A DNA stretch of 64,000 nucleotides. It comes from Candidatus Borkfalkia faecavium (GTDB lineage Bacteria; Bacillota; Clostridia; Christensenellales; Borkfalkiaceae). Below the pieces are notes generated by a model. That model was given only the letters and a program-made list of their open reading frames with translations. It was not told where the DNA came from and did no database searches. Both the position numbers and the translations under genes were made by a program. Below are positions 26,330-36,477 of this stretch, one piece after another. The stretch covers positions 48,443 through 112,442 of the forward strand of contig DXEW01000029.1 of NCBI GenBank assembly GCA_019114755.1, given 5' to 3'. Position 1 is the stretch's first letter. The number at the start of each line of letters is the position of its first letter.

Positions 26330-29329
26330 ATGAAGATCATCCGGAACACAAGACTATGGTCTATTTTGACCGGTGTATTTTCGTTTCTGCTGTGCATCCT
26401 GCTGGTAGGCACGCACTTTGCCGACTCATACGCGAGTATGATCAACAAAGAGCTGGGCATTTCTACCAGCGTCGTCATCAAGAACGAAGACACAGACGAA
26501 GATACCGAATACTACAAGAGCAATTTTGACAGCGACGACGAGCTGACGCAGTGGCAGATAGAGCTGTGCGAACAGATCCAGGGCGAAGGCAGCGTGCTGG
26601 TCATGAACAACGGCGCCCTGCCCGTTGCCAAGGGCATCGGCGTGACCACCTTCGGCCGCTCGTCTGCGGATATCATCTACGGCGGCACGGGCTCGGGCCA
26701 GGTGGATACGGCCAACGCCGCCACCATGGGCAAGGCACTGACGGAAGCAGGGTTCAAGGTCAATCAGCCCATGCTCGACTGGTACAACGAACGCATCCAG
26801 GAGCTCAAAGACGCGGGCATGAACCGCTCCACGCCCGGCATGTTCGCCGAGTTCGACGCGGTGCCCGGCCTGACGCGCATCGCCGAGATCCCCACCGATA
26901 CCGTGCGCAGCTCCGGCATCTCGTATGACGGCTACGACGATCTGGCCATCGTCACCATCGGCCGCAGCGGCGGCGAAGGCAGCGACCTCGCGTTCGGCGA
27001 GTTCAGCGACGGCTATGCCTATTTTGAATTGCAGGAAGAAGAGAAGGAGCTTTTAAAATACGTCGCAAGCCTCAACTTCGATACCACGGTGGTGCTCATC
27101 AACTCTTCCAACGCCATGGCGCTCGACTGGATCGACGACCCCGCCTACGGCATCGACGCCTGCCTGTGGATCGGCGGCCCCGGCCAGTACGGCATGAACT
27201 CCGTCGCCAAGATCCTCTGCGGCGACATCAACCCCTCGGGCAAGTTTGTGGACACCTATGCCGCCAGCTCGCTCTCTTCCCCCGCCATGCAGAACTTCGG
27301 CGCCTACACCTACGCCAACGCCGACCCCGAGACGGGCACGGTGGGCGGCGTGACCATCGACGGCGCGCCCGGCGATCTGACCCGCGTGCGCTACGCCATC
27401 CACTACATGGTGGAAAAGGAAGGCATCTACGTCGGCTATAAATATTATGAGACCAGGTACGAAGACGCCGTGCTCGGGCAGGGCAACGCCGACGGCGACG
27501 CGGGCATCTACATGTCTTCGGGCGACAGCTGGAATTACAATGAAGAAGTCAACTACACCTTCGGCTACGGCCTCTCGTACACTACCTTCACCCAGGAACT
27601 TTTGGGCGTGGACTACGACCGCGCCACGGATACCTATACCCTGCGCGTGCAGGTGACCAACACGGGCGACGTGGCGGGCAAAGAGGTGGTGCAGGTCTAC
27701 GGCCAGCAGCCGTACACCGACTTCGACCGCGAAAACAGCATCGAAAAATCCGCCGTGCAGCTGGTCGGCTTCGGCAAGACGGAAATTCTGCAGCCCGACC
27801 AGAGCGAGACGGTGGAAGTGACGGTGGAGCGCAAAGAGCTAACCGCCTTCGACGCCGCCGTCAACAAGACGTACATCCTCGAACAAGGCACCTACTACCT
27901 CGCCATCGGTTCGGACGCGCACGACGCACTCAACAACATCCTCGCCGCCAAGGGATACGACACTTCCGACGGCATGGACTACGACGGCGATAAAGACAAG
28001 GCGTATTCCTTCGACATCGACGCCACGGACAACACGAGCTATGCCTATTCGGAAGCCAATACGGGCGTGAAGATCACCAATCAGTTCGATTCGGCAGACC
28101 TCAACTACTACGGCGACGGGCTCGTCACTTACCTTACGAGAAACGACTGGCAGGGCACCTTCCCTACCTCTTATGACGAGCTGACCGCCACCGACGAGAT
28201 GATCCAAGACCTGCAGTTCAATTATGAAAAGGACAACAGCGTCGAAAAAGTGACGACGGGCTCCACCGAAACCCAATACAGCATCGTGATGATGCGCGGC
28301 AGAGAGTACGACGACCCGCTGTGGGAAGACATCCTCGACCAGCTGACCCTGGAAGAGATGGCGGAGATCGTCGGCCACGGCGGCTACGGCACCCAGGCCA
28401 TCGACTCCATCAGCCTGCCCGCCACCGTGCAGGCAGACGGCCCGCAGGGCATCAAGGGCACCTATGCAGGCTCTGCCACCGTCGCCTATACCTCGGAACC
28501 CGTGATGGCTTCCACCTTCAACACCCAGATCATGCACGACATCGGCATCTCGATGGGCGAAGACGCGCTGCGCATCGACGGCGCGCGCATCAGCGGCTGG
28601 TACGGCCCCGCCATGAACATCCACCGCACCCCCTACAGCGGCCGTAACTTCGAGTACTATTCGGAAGACGGCTTCCTCTCCGGCATGATGGCAGCAAAAG
28701 AAGTTGCCGCCGCCCAGAGCATGGGCCTGTGCTGCTACATCAAGCACTTTGCCCTCAACGACTTCGAGACCTACCGCCAGTCGGTCGCCACCTTCGCCAC
28801 CGAGCAGGCCATCCGCGAGATCTTCTTGAAGGGCTTCCAGTACGCGGTGGAAGACGGCGGCGCCACGGCGGTGATGACTTCCTTCAACCGCATCGGCTGC
28901 CGCTGGGCGGGCGCGCACAGAGAGCTGCTGCAGAACGTGCTCCGCGACGAATGGGGCTTTGTCGGCGTCGTGCATACGGACGCCGTGATGGCAAACCGCA
29001 ACTGGATGGACGTCTCCATCGGCGTGGAAGCGGGCAACGACACCTGGCTCTCTTCCGGCGACTGGCTGGTTCCCCTCATCCAGGAATGGGCACAGGAAGA
29101 CAACAAGCTGCTGGCCAACCTGCGCAATTCCTGCCATAACTTCTTGTATGCGTACGTCAACAGCACGGCCGTGAACGGCATCTCCTCTTCCGACCGCGTC
29201 GTCACCATTACTCCCGCATGGCAGATCTGCGTATATGCGGCAGATGCCGTGGTAGGCGTGCTCGCGGCGGCGGGCGCAGTGCTCTTCATCATAGCCTGCA
29301 TCAAAAACCGCAAGGGCGCGCAAGCGTAA
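26330..29329 (+). CDS. Membrane-anchored glycoside hydrolase family 3 (beta-glucosidase-like, permuted domain order, Fn3-like domain)
   Basis: N- and C-terminal TM; INPSGKFVDT, EGIYVGYKYYE, FGYGLSYTTF, GKEVVQVY, DGPQG, GRNFEYYSED, KHFALN, LRDEWGFVGVVHTD. Confidence 0.92.
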   Translation: MKIIRNTRLWSILTGVFSFLLCILLVGTHFADSYASMINKELGISTSVVIKNEDTDEDTEYYKSNFDSDDELTQWQIELCEQIQGEGSVLVMNNGALPVAKGIGVTTFGRSSADIIYGGTGSGQVDTANAATMGKALTEAGFKVNQPMLDWYNERIQELKDAGMNRSTPGMFAEFDAVPGLTRIAEIPTDTVRSSGISYDGYDDLAIVTIGRSGGEGSDLAFGEFSDGYAYFELQEEEKELLKYVASLNFDTTVVLINSSNAMALDWIDDPAYGIDACLWIGGPGQYGMNSVAKILCGDINPSGKFVDTYAASSLSSPAMQNFGAYTYANADPETGTVGGVTIDGAPGDLTRVRYAIHYMVEKEGIYVGYKYYETRYEDAVLGQGNADGDAGIYMSSGDSWNYNEEVNYTFGYGLSYTTFTQELLGVDYDRATDTYTLRVQVTNTGDVAGKEVVQVYGQQPYTDFDRENSIEKSAVQLVGFGKTEILQPDQSETVEVTVERKELTAFDAAVNKTYILEQGTYYLAIGSDAHDALNNILAAKGYDTSDGMDYDGDKDKAYSFDIDATDNTSYAYSEANTGVKITNQFDSADLNYYGDGLVTYLTRNDWQGTFPTSYDELTATDEMIQDLQFNYEKDNSVEKVTTGSTETQYSIVMMRGREYDDPLWEDILDQLTLEEMAEIVGHGGYGTQAIDSISLPATVQADGPQGIKGTYAGSATVAYTSEPVMASTFNTQIMHDIGISMGEDALRIDGARISGWYGPAMNIHRTPYSGRNFEYYSEDGFLSGMMAAKEVAAAQSMGLCCYIKHFALNDFETYRQSVATFATEQAIREIFLKGFQYAVEDGGATAVMTSFNRIGCRWAGAHRELLQNVLRDEWGFVGVVHTDAVMANRNWMDVSIGVEAGNDTWLSSGDWLVPLIQEWAQEDNKLLANLRNSCHNFLYAYVNSTAVNGISSSDRVVTITPAWQICVYAADAVVGVLAAAGAVLFIIACIKNRKGAQA

Positions 29330-29344
29330 AGCGAGGTGAATACA

Positions 29345-29746
29345 ATGAATATCAAACAGATCATGCAAAACAAGCGCTCCGGCTTTTACGTCGGCGCGGC
29401 GGGCGCGCTGCTGGCGCTCGTCACCCTGTTCATCTACCTTGCCATGAACAGCATGTACTTTACGGGCTGGGTAGTCGCCGGGCTGATCGCGGGCATCGTC
29501 GTGTTCGCCCTGGCCGCCCTGTTCCGCCTGCGCTTCCTCTATATCCTCTCCTATGCCTGCTATATGTTCGCCTTCTATCACTTTTTGGTGCTGGAAGTGG
29601 AATTCCGCATGGACATACTGGTCGACCCGCAGCAGGGATTCTTCGCCCTGGACGGCATCTTCTTCGCCGCCGTCATCGCCTTTATCGCCTGCATCGCCGT
29701 CACCATCGTCGCCTCGTGCATGAAGCAGGAAAAGACGGAGGAATGA
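29345..29746 (+). CDS. Small 4-TM membrane protein coupled to the GH3 gene
   Basis: Hydrophobic 133-aa ORF with GAGGTG RBS, directly after the GH3 stop. Confidence 0.75.
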   Translation: MNIKQIMQNKRSGFYVGAAGALLALVTLFIYLAMNSMYFTGWVVAGLIAGIVVFALAALFRLRFLYILSYACYMFAFYHFLVLEVEFRMDILVDPQQGFFALDGIFFAAVIAFIACIAVTIVASCMKQEKTEE

Positions 29747-29764
29747 TCCTCCCGAACAATACGG

Positions 29765-29797
29765 CAAGCCCGGCAAACGCCGGGCTTGTTTCTTTTT
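29765..29797 (+). terminator. Intrinsic terminator
   Basis: CAAGCCCGGC-aaac-GCCGGGCTTG followed by TTTCTTTTT. Confidence 0.75.
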
Positions 29798-29917
29798 CTA
29801 TTTCTATATATGGAATGGAGAGGCTGCCCTGCGGGTGCGGGAGTGAACGGCACACTGCGGGTGCGAGCGGGTGCGGGAACGAGGAGGTTCTTTGCGGATG
29901 CGCGATCGAAAAGCCCC

Positions 29918-31261
29918 TTACGGGTGCGGGATGTCTTGGGGCGGATCGGTGCGGGTATCGTCGGGCATGCCCTTGCGGCGGCGCACTTCGGCGACCGTCT
30001 TTTCAAACCCTCTCCCCTGCGGGCGGTAGAAGACTTCGTCTTTGAGGGAGTCGGGCAGGTACTGCTGCCGCACCCAGCCGCCGTAGTTGTGCGGGTACTT
30101 GTAATTCTTGCTCTGCGCCTTGGCGTCTCGATCGCCGAAGGAATTGTCTTTGAGATAGGGCGGGATATTGTCGTCGCGCACTTCGCGGGCGGCGCGCTTG
30201 GCGGCGTCCATCGCCAGGATGACGGAATTGGACTTTTCCGCCTCGCAGACGTAGATGATGGCGCTGCTCAAGGGAATGAGCCCTTCGGGGGCGCCGATCT
30301 TTTCAAACGCGGTCAGGGCGGACGCCGCCACCACCAGCGCGTTCGGGTCTGCCATGCCCACGTCTTCGCACGAATGCACGATGAGGCGGCGGAAGATGAC
30401 GAGCGGGTCGCACCCGCCCTCGATGAGGCGGAAGGCGTAGTAGAGCGCCGCGTTCGCGTCGCTGCCGCGCAGGCTCTTGCAGAAGGCGGAGAGGAGGTCG
30501 TAATACACGTCCTCGTTGTAGGAGAGCGCCTTGCGCTGGATGGACTGCTCGGCGTCGGCAAGGGTGACGCGGATGACGCCGTCTTCACCCGGAGGCGTGG
30601 TGAGCACCGCCAGCTCTAAGGCGTTGTACGCCGTGCGCAGGTCCCCCGCCGCCATGCGGGCGATGTGAGAGATCGCCTCTTCGTCCACCTGCGCATGGTA
30701 CGCCTGCAGGCCCTTGCGGGAGATGAGCGCCTTGTGCAGCGCCCCCTCGATGTCCGCATCGGAGAGGCGGTGAAATTCAAACACGCGGCAGCGGGAGACG
30801 ATGGCGGGCGTCATGGAGGCATACGGGTTTTCCGTCGTGGAGCCGATAAAGACGATGGTGCCCTGTTCGATGGCGGGCAAAAGCGAATCGGACTGCGTCT
30901 TGTTGAAGCGGTGGCACTCGTCCAGCAGCAGGTAGGTGCGCTTGCCGTACAGTTTGAGGGAATTGCGCGCCTCTTCCACCGCCTTTTTGACGTCGGCGAC
31001 GCCGCTCTGCACGGCGTTGAGTTTGATGAAGTTGCCGTGCGTGGTCTGGGCGATGATGTTGGCGAGGGTGGTCTTGCCGCAGCCGGGCGGGCCCCAGAAG
31101 ATGCAGCTGCCCAGCCTGTCCAGCTTGATGGCGCGGCGCAAGAGGCTCCCCTCCGCCACGATGTGGCTCTGGCCGATGAAGTCGTCTAAATTGTTGGCGC
31201 GCATCTTGTCGGCAAGCGGCCGCGCGTCGCTCTCGTTGTTGTTCAGATCGAACAGGTCCAT
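29918..31261 (-). CDS. rarA: Replication-associated recombination protein A (RarA/MgsA AAA+)
   Basis: PLADKMR, WGPPGCGKTT, DECHRFNK, STTENP, KSLRGSD, EDVGMADP, YKYPH. Confidence 0.95.
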   Translation of the reverse strand: MDLFDLNNNESDARPLADKMRANNLDDFIGQSHIVAEGSLLRRAIKLDRLGSCIFWGPPGCGKTTLANIIAQTTHGNFIKLNAVQSGVADVKKAVEEARNSLKLYGKRTYLLLDECHRFNKTQSDSLLPAIEQGTIVFIGSTTENPYASMTPAIVSRCRVFEFHRLSDADIEGALHKALISRKGLQAYHAQVDEEAISHIARMAAGDLRTAYNALELAVLTTPPGEDGVIRVTLADAEQSIQRKALSYNEDVYYDLLSAFCKSLRGSDANAALYYAFRLIEGGCDPLVIFRRLIVHSCEDVGMADPNALVVAASALTAFEKIGAPEGLIPLSSAIIYVCEAEKSNSVILAMDAAKRAAREVRDDNIPPYLKDNSFGDRDAKAQSKNYKYPHNYGGWVRQQYLPDSLKDEVFYRPQGRGFEKTVAEVRRRKGMPDDTRTDPPQDIPHP

Positions 31262-31264
31262 CCC

Positions 31265-32224
31265 TTACGCACCTTCTTTGCCCGCGGCGGCGATATTGCC
31301 CGCGGCTTTGCCTTTGTCCGTATCGCCTGCGGCGGCTGTGTTTGTTTGCCCCGCGGCGGCTTTGTGTTTATCCGTTTGCTTGTCGGCCTGCAAAGCGCCT
31401 GCGGGCAGCTGTGCGGGGCGCTTTTCGCCCTCTTCGATGCCCGCCAGGGCGCGGATGGCGGCGGCGTTCTCTTTGCCCAGCTGATAGCCCGCCTCGTAGG
31501 CGACCTCGTAATACTTGACGGCGTACTGCGACACTTCGCCCATGTCCGGTTCCAGCCATAAGTCGCCCGCATGGCGGCAGCGGCGGCGCTCTTCGAGGGC
31601 GCTGCGCGCGTCCATGATGTCATAGATGCGCATGATGAGCGAAAAGACGTTGGGCACCTTTTCCACATGGGCGCACTGGCCGAGCACATCGACCGCGACC
31701 ACGACTTCCGCCCCCAGGTGCTTGACCTGCCGCACGGGCACGCGGCAGAGCACGCTGCCGTCGATGAGCTGCATCCCGTCTTTTTCCACCGGCCTGAACA
31801 CCGTGGGCATGGAGCTGGAAGCGAGCACCGCGTCGACGACACCGCCCTCGCGGAAGGTCTTGAGCTTGCCGCTCTTGATATCGACGGCGACGCAGCAGAA
31901 GGGAATATCCAGCCGGTCGAAAGTGCAGTCTTCCAAAAATTTGGACATCATCCGCCGCACCTTGGTCCACTTCATCAATCCCAGCTTTGTCAGCGGCATG
32001 AGGTCGAAGTCGATGATGTCGCCCGCCTTGAGTTTACCGGCGATGGCGCGCATTTCTTCCGGGGTCATGCCCTTGGCATAGCAGGCGCCGACGATGCTGC
32101 CCATCGAAGAGCCGGAAATAAAGTCGGGGCGGATGCCCTCTTCGTCCATCGCCTGCAAAAAGCCGATGTGCGCCACGCCGCGCGCGCCGCCCGCCCCCAG
32201 GGCAAAGCCGAGTTTTTTACGCAT
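31265..32224 (-). CDS. Patatin-like phospholipase
   Basis: LGAGGARGVAHIG, GSSMG, DGS motif; low-complexity Ala/Lys C-terminal tail. Confidence 0.9.
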   Translation of the reverse strand: MRKKLGFALGAGGARGVAHIGFLQAMDEEGIRPDFISGSSMGSIVGACYAKGMTPEEMRAIAGKLKAGDIIDFDLMPLTKLGLMKWTKVRRMMSKFLEDCTFDRLDIPFCCVAVDIKSGKLKTFREGGVVDAVLASSSMPTVFRPVEKDGMQLIDGSVLCRVPVRQVKHLGAEVVVAVDVLGQCAHVEKVPNVFSLIMRIYDIMDARSALEERRRCRHAGDLWLEPDMGEVSQYAVKYYEVAYEAGYQLGKENAAAIRALAGIEEGEKRPAQLPAGALQADKQTDKHKAAAGQTNTAAAGDTDKGKAAGNIAAAGKEGA

Positions 32225-32292
32225 ATCTCTTCTCCCTCCCGTCTATATTGCCGCGGCCGCTTTTACCTGCCGCAGGCGGCCGTTTGCGGCGG

Positions 32293-32321
32293 TCTATGCC
32301 GCGCATAGTACTGTGCAAACG
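32293..32321 (+). repeat. Dispersed palindromic intergenic repeat, copy 2
   Basis: TCTATGCCGCGCATAGTACTGTGCAAACG. Confidence 0.8.
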
Positions 32322-32322
32322 C

Positions 32323-33126
32323 TCAATAACAGCCCAGCAGTTTGAAATTTTTGGTGTATTCGGACAATCTGTCTAAGGCGAAGCGCACATATTTGGCGGC
32401 GATGTCGCCCTTGAATTCGATGAAAAAGCAGTACTCGCCCGGCGAATTTTTGATGGGGCGGGACTCGATCTTGGTCATGTTCAGGTCGTACACCGAAAGG
32501 ATCTGCAGCATCTTTAAGAGCGCCCCCGGCTCGTGCGGGCAGGTGGCGGCAAAGTACACGTACTCGCTCGATGCGGGCAGATGTTCTTTCCCCTTTTTGA
32601 TGAGGAGGAAATGGGTGAAGTTTTTCGGCTCGTCGGCGATGTTTTCGCCCACGAACGCCAGCCCCGGGGCGCAGACGTGCGAGCCGACGATGCCCGCATC
32701 CCCCGCCTCGCGGATGCGGGAAACGCTCTGCATGGTGGAATCGGTATACACGATCTCCGCCTGCGGCAAATAATTGGAGATGAACCTGCCGCACTGCAAG
32801 ATGGCCTGTTCGTGCGAATACAGGCGGCGAACCTGCGAAAGCTGCGTCCCCTCTTTGGCGATCAGGCGGTGCTCGATCTTCAGCACATACTCGCACACGG
32901 CGTACAGGTCTGCGTGCGAATACAAGAGGTCTAAATTCTGCGTCACCGCGCCCTGCAGGGTGTTTTCCACCGGCAGCACGGCGCAGCCGACTTCGCCTGC
33001 CAGCAGCGCCTCCACAGCGGCGTAAAAGCTGCGGCAGGCGACCTGCTCCGCCTTTGGCGCCAGCATTTTTGCCGCCAGGGAAGAATAGCTCCCCTCCGGG
33101 CCGAGATAACTGACTCTCTCGCGCAT
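32323..33126 (-). CDS. pheA: Prephenate dehydratase with ACT domain
   Basis: YLGPEGSYS, LPVENT, SHEQAILQC, NFTHF, NMTKIESRP. Confidence 0.93.
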   Translation of the reverse strand: MRERVSYLGPEGSYSSLAAKMLAPKAEQVACRSFYAAVEALLAGEVGCAVLPVENTLQGAVTQNLDLLYSHADLYAVCEYVLKIEHRLIAKEGTQLSQVRRLYSHEQAILQCGRFISNYLPQAEIVYTDSTMQSVSRIREAGDAGIVGSHVCAPGLAFVGENIADEPKNFTHFLLIKKGKEHLPASSEYVYFAATCPHEPGALLKMLQILSVYDLNMTKIESRPIKNSPGEYCFFIEFKGDIAAKYVRFALDRLSEYTKNFKLLGCY

Positions 33127-33138
33127 ACCTGCCTCCGT

Positions 33139-34164
33139 TTATACTTTTTCGGCGATGTCGAGGATCAGCCGCTCGGTATCCGCCCAGCCGAGGCAGGGGT
33201 CGGTGATCGACTTGCCGTAGACGACGTCCTCTTTCTGGTTCCCCTCTTCGATAAAGCTCTCGATCATGAAGCCCTTGACGTACTGTTTGAAGTCTTTATC
33301 GTACAGGCGGTTGTTGAGCACCTCTTCGACGATGCGGATCTGCTGCTTGAACTGCTTGCCCGAATTGGAGTGGTTGGTGTCGATGATGATGGCGGGGTTT
33401 TTCAGACCGGTGCGCGAATACCCTTCCACCACCTTCATCACCGTTTCGTAATGGAAATTGGGGATGTCGTTGCCGTAGCCGTCCACCGCGCCGCGCAGCA
33501 CCGCGTGCGCCAACTCGTTGCCGGTAGTGCGCACCTGGTAGTTCTGATATTTGAACACCTGCCCGGGGCTCTGCGCCGCATAGATGGAGTTGATGAGCAC
33601 GGGCACCGAGCCGCTCATGGGGTTTTTGATGCCCACGGGCAGGTCGATGCCGCTGGCGACCAGGCGGTGCATCTGGTTCTCGCTCGAGCGCGCGCCCACG
33701 GCGATATAGGTGAGCAGGTCTTCGAGATAGGCGTAGTTTTCGGGATACAGCATCTCGTCTGCCGCCGAAAGCCCGCTGGCGCCGATGGCGTCGATATGCA
33801 GACGGCGGATGGTGAGGATGCCCTTCAGGATGTCCTCTTTGCTGCGCGGGTCGGGCTGGGTGAACATGCCCTTGTACCCCACGCCCTTGGTGCGCGGCTT
33901 GTTGGTGTAGATGCGCGGCACGATGACGACGCGGTCTTTGACCTTTTCGTTGAGTTTGCCGAGCCGTTCCACATAGTCGAGCACGGGCTCGCTCTCGTGC
34001 GCCGAGCAGGGCCCGACGATGACGAGCAGCTTGTCCGTTTCGCCGCGGATGACCTGCGACGCCAGCGCGTCGCGCTCGGCTTTGATCTTTTTGAGTTCCT
34101 GCGGCAGCGGCACTTCCGCCAAAATTTCTTCCGCAGCGGGGATGAGTTCTTCTCTCTTAAACAT
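33139..34164 (-). CDS. 3-deoxy-7-phosphoheptulonate (DAHP) synthase, class I-alpha
   Basis: VGPCS, KPRT, GARS, KNP, HAVLRG, DTNHSNSGK, GFMIES, GKSITDPCLGW. Confidence 0.93.
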   Translation of the reverse strand: MFKREELIPAAEEILAEVPLPQELKKIKAERDALASQVIRGETDKLLVIVGPCSAHESEPVLDYVERLGKLNEKVKDRVVIVPRIYTNKPRTKGVGYKGMFTQPDPRSKEDILKGILTIRRLHIDAIGASGLSAADEMLYPENYAYLEDLLTYIAVGARSSENQMHRLVASGIDLPVGIKNPMSGSVPVLINSIYAAQSPGQVFKYQNYQVRTTGNELAHAVLRGAVDGYGNDIPNFHYETVMKVVEGYSRTGLKNPAIIIDTNHSNSGKQFKQQIRIVEEVLNNRLYDKDFKQYVKGFMIESFIEEGNQKEDVVYGKSITDPCLGWADTERLILDIAEKV

Positions 34165-34654
34165 GTTTGTTCGCCTCTTCTTGCAAGTGTATTATCAGAT
34201 CCCCCCTGATCTCTTCCGGGACGTAGGCATCGACGCTTTTATGGAAGCGCAATGCGTCTTTGACCAGCGTCGAGCTGATGTGCAGGTACTCCTGCCGCGT
34301 GGGCAGGAACACCGTGATCATCTCCGGATACATATCGGTGTTGATGTAGTTGAGCAGCGCCTCGTAGTCGTAATCGCTGCCGTTGCGGATGCCGCGCACG
34401 TAAAAGCGGGCGCCCTCGCGCCGCAAAAGATCGACGGTCAGCCCGTCGTAGGAGAGCACGCGCACGTTTTTATAGGACGCGAACACCTTTTTCAGCATGG
34501 AAAGGCGCGCCTCTTCCGAAAACAGCGGCTTTTTATTGGGATTGATGAGGATGGCGACGATGACCTCGTCGAACAGTTCGAGGCATTTGAGGACGATGTC
34601 TTTATGCCCCAGCGTGGGCGGGTCGAACGTGCCCGCAAATACGCACTTTTTCAT
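34157..34654 (-). CDS. coaD: Pantetheine-phosphate adenylyltransferase
   Basis: GTFDPPTLGH, VRGIR, DYDYE, ISSTLVK. Confidence 0.95.
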   Translation of the reverse strand: MKKCVFAGTFDPPTLGHKDIVLKCLELFDEVIVAILINPNKKPLFSEEARLSMLKKVFASYKNVRVLSYDGLTVDLLRREGARFYVRGIRNGSDYDYEALLNYINTDMYPEMITVFLPTRQEYLHISSTLVKDALRFHKSVDAYVPEEIRGDLIIHLQEEANKHV

Positions 34655-34668
34655 GCGGGGTCCTCCTG

Positions 34669-35199
34669 TTAATCGGGGGTAAAAAAGGTGAGATGGGCGA
34701 TGCCGTACCTGCGCTCGTCATAGCGGACGAGGTTTTCGATCTCCCCTTCAAAGGGCTTATCCGATTCCAGCACCGCGACGCCGCCCGTATTGAGCAGCCC
34801 GCGCGCGGCGATGCGGCGGAGGGCGTCTTCTCCGCAGCCGCTCTTATACGGCGGGTCGATGTAGATGACGTCAAAGGTGATGTCGATACTGTCGAGAAGT
34901 TCGCGGTAGTCGAGGTTGTACACCTTGGCGTCCGCGCGCAGCAGCGACAGGTTTTTGCGCAGGATGGCGAGGCTGTCTTTGGAGACGTCGTTGAATACGA
35001 CCAGGTCTGCCCCGCGCGAGAGCGCTTCCAGCCCGATGCCGCCCGTGCCGCAGAATAAATCGAGCACGTTTGCCCCGCTGATCTCGGGGGCGAGGATATT
35101 GAACAGCGCCTCTTTGGCGCGGTCGGAAGTGGGGCGCACTTCCTTCCCCTTGAAAGCCGCCAGCACCCGCCCGCGGTACTTTCCGCCGACGATCCTCAC
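34669..35199 (-). CDS. rsmD: 16S rRNA (guanine966-N2)-methyltransferase
   Basis: GTG start VRIVGGKYRGR, RPTSDRAKEALFN, LDLFCGTG, DPPY. Confidence 0.93.
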   Translation of the reverse strand: MRIVGGKYRGRVLAAFKGKEVRPTSDRAKEALFNILAPEISGANVLDLFCGTGGIGLEALSRGADLVVFNDVSKDSLAILRKNLSLLRADAKVYNLDYRELLDSIDITFDVIYIDPPYKSGCGEDALRRIAARGLLNTGGVAVLESDKPFEGEIENLVRYDERRYGIAHLTFFTPD

Positions 35200-35921
35200 T
35201 GCTTTTTCTCCCCTTTCCGCTCGGCGTATTCCTGCGAGCGCTTGCCGCTGCGGAATTTTTCGATCTTTTCCATGGTCTCGCTCTGCCTTTGCAGCTGCAG
35301 TTGCCGCATCTCTTCCTTTCTGCCGCCGACTATGTAGGCGACGCCGCAGACGACGATGAGCAGCGCCAGTATGATAAAGCCCGGCCACAGGCCCGCGGCG
35401 TCCGCGGCATAGGCGTTGAGCGCCTCGCCCGACAGCCCCTGCGAGATGCCCGTCAGATTGCGGATGCCGTACACGGGGATGTACGCCCAGCCGCAGACGA
35501 TCATCATGGCAAAGCGCACGCCGCTGCTGCCCGTCACGCCGCCGACGACGATGAGCACGGCGGGGATGATACAGGCGACGGCGCCGATGACAAAGCCCTT
35601 ATACGGGCGGTATTCCTTACAGGGGCGGTATTTGCCCACGCCCTTATCGCCTGCCGACTTGCCTTCGGCAAAGCCGGGGTCTTTCAGTTGCCCGGCAGCC
35701 TTCATCTTCCCTGCAAATTCGCCGATGCCCATCAGCAAAAAGAACATCAGCACCAGATCGCCCGCCGCCAAAAGCACGTTGACGATGCCCGAAAAGGCGG
35801 GTATCTCGATGCCTAAAAGCGCCAGCATGACCATGCCGACCATCATGCTGATGAAAAACGGTGTCACGGCGCGGCGCAAGGTTTCAGCGATCTCCCAGGC
35901 GAAAGCTTTGAGTACTTTCAT
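35196..35921 (-). CDS. Hypothetical multi-pass membrane protein
   Basis: Several hydrophobic segments; GGAGG RBS; coupled to rsmD. Confidence 0.7.
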   Translation of the reverse strand: MKVLKAFAWEIAETLRRAVTPFFISMMVGMVMLALLGIEIPAFSGIVNVLLAAGDLVLMFFLLMGIGEFAGKMKAAGQLKDPGFAEGKSAGDKGVGKYRPCKEYRPYKGFVIGAVACIIPAVLIVVGGVTGSSGVRFAMMIVCGWAYIPVYGIRNLTGISQGLSGEALNAYAADAAGLWPGFIILALLIVVCGVAYIVGGRKEEMRQLQLQRQSETMEKIEKFRSGKRSQEYAERKGEKKQ

Positions 35922-36477
35922 GATCCCTCCATTGATATGACGGAGAAAAGAGCGTCTCCCCGTCGGTGACGAGTATGTGCAGCGGCAGATCGTGCGGCTC
36001 GGCGGGGAGCCTGTCTACCAGCTGAAAGCTATAACAGATGCCGATGCGAAGCGCCTGCGGCCGCCGCGCCAGGTATCTGTCGTAATATCCGCCCCCGTAG
36101 CCGAGGCGATACAGCTGCCTGTCCGCCGCCAGCATGGGCAAAACGACGATATCGGGCAGAACGTCTTCCGCTTCGCCTATGGGCTCTTGAATGCCGAAGG
36201 CGCCGGCGGCAAAGCCGAGGCCCCGATCGCGCACGGGCAGCATCTCTTTCCCCAAAACGCGGGGATAGAAGATATTTTTGCCCCTCCTTTGCAGCTGTTC
36301 CGCCGCGGCGAGGGGAGAAGCCTCCGTGCCCACGGGGCGGTACAGCAATATATTCCGCGCCCCGCAAAACTGCGGCAGCGACAGAAGGTTTGTACAGATG
36401 GCCGCATCGCGCGCGGCGCGGTCCGCAGCCGCCGCCCGCAGCGCCTTCATCGTGCGGCGCCATTCTCCTTTATCCAT
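35884..36477 (-). CDS. 5-formyltetrahydrofolate cyclo-ligase
   Basis: FGIQEP, DIVVLP, RLGYGGGYYDRYL, EPHDLP. Confidence 0.92.
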   Translation of the reverse strand: MDKGEWRRTMKALRAAAADRAARDAAICTNLLSLPQFCGARNILLYRPVGTEASPLAAAEQLQRRGKNIFYPRVLGKEMLPVRDRGLGFAAGAFGIQEPIGEAEDVLPDIVVLPMLAADRQLYRLGYGGGYYDRYLARRPQALRIGICYSFQLVDRLPAEPHDLPLHILVTDGETLFSPSYQWRDHESTQSFRLGDR

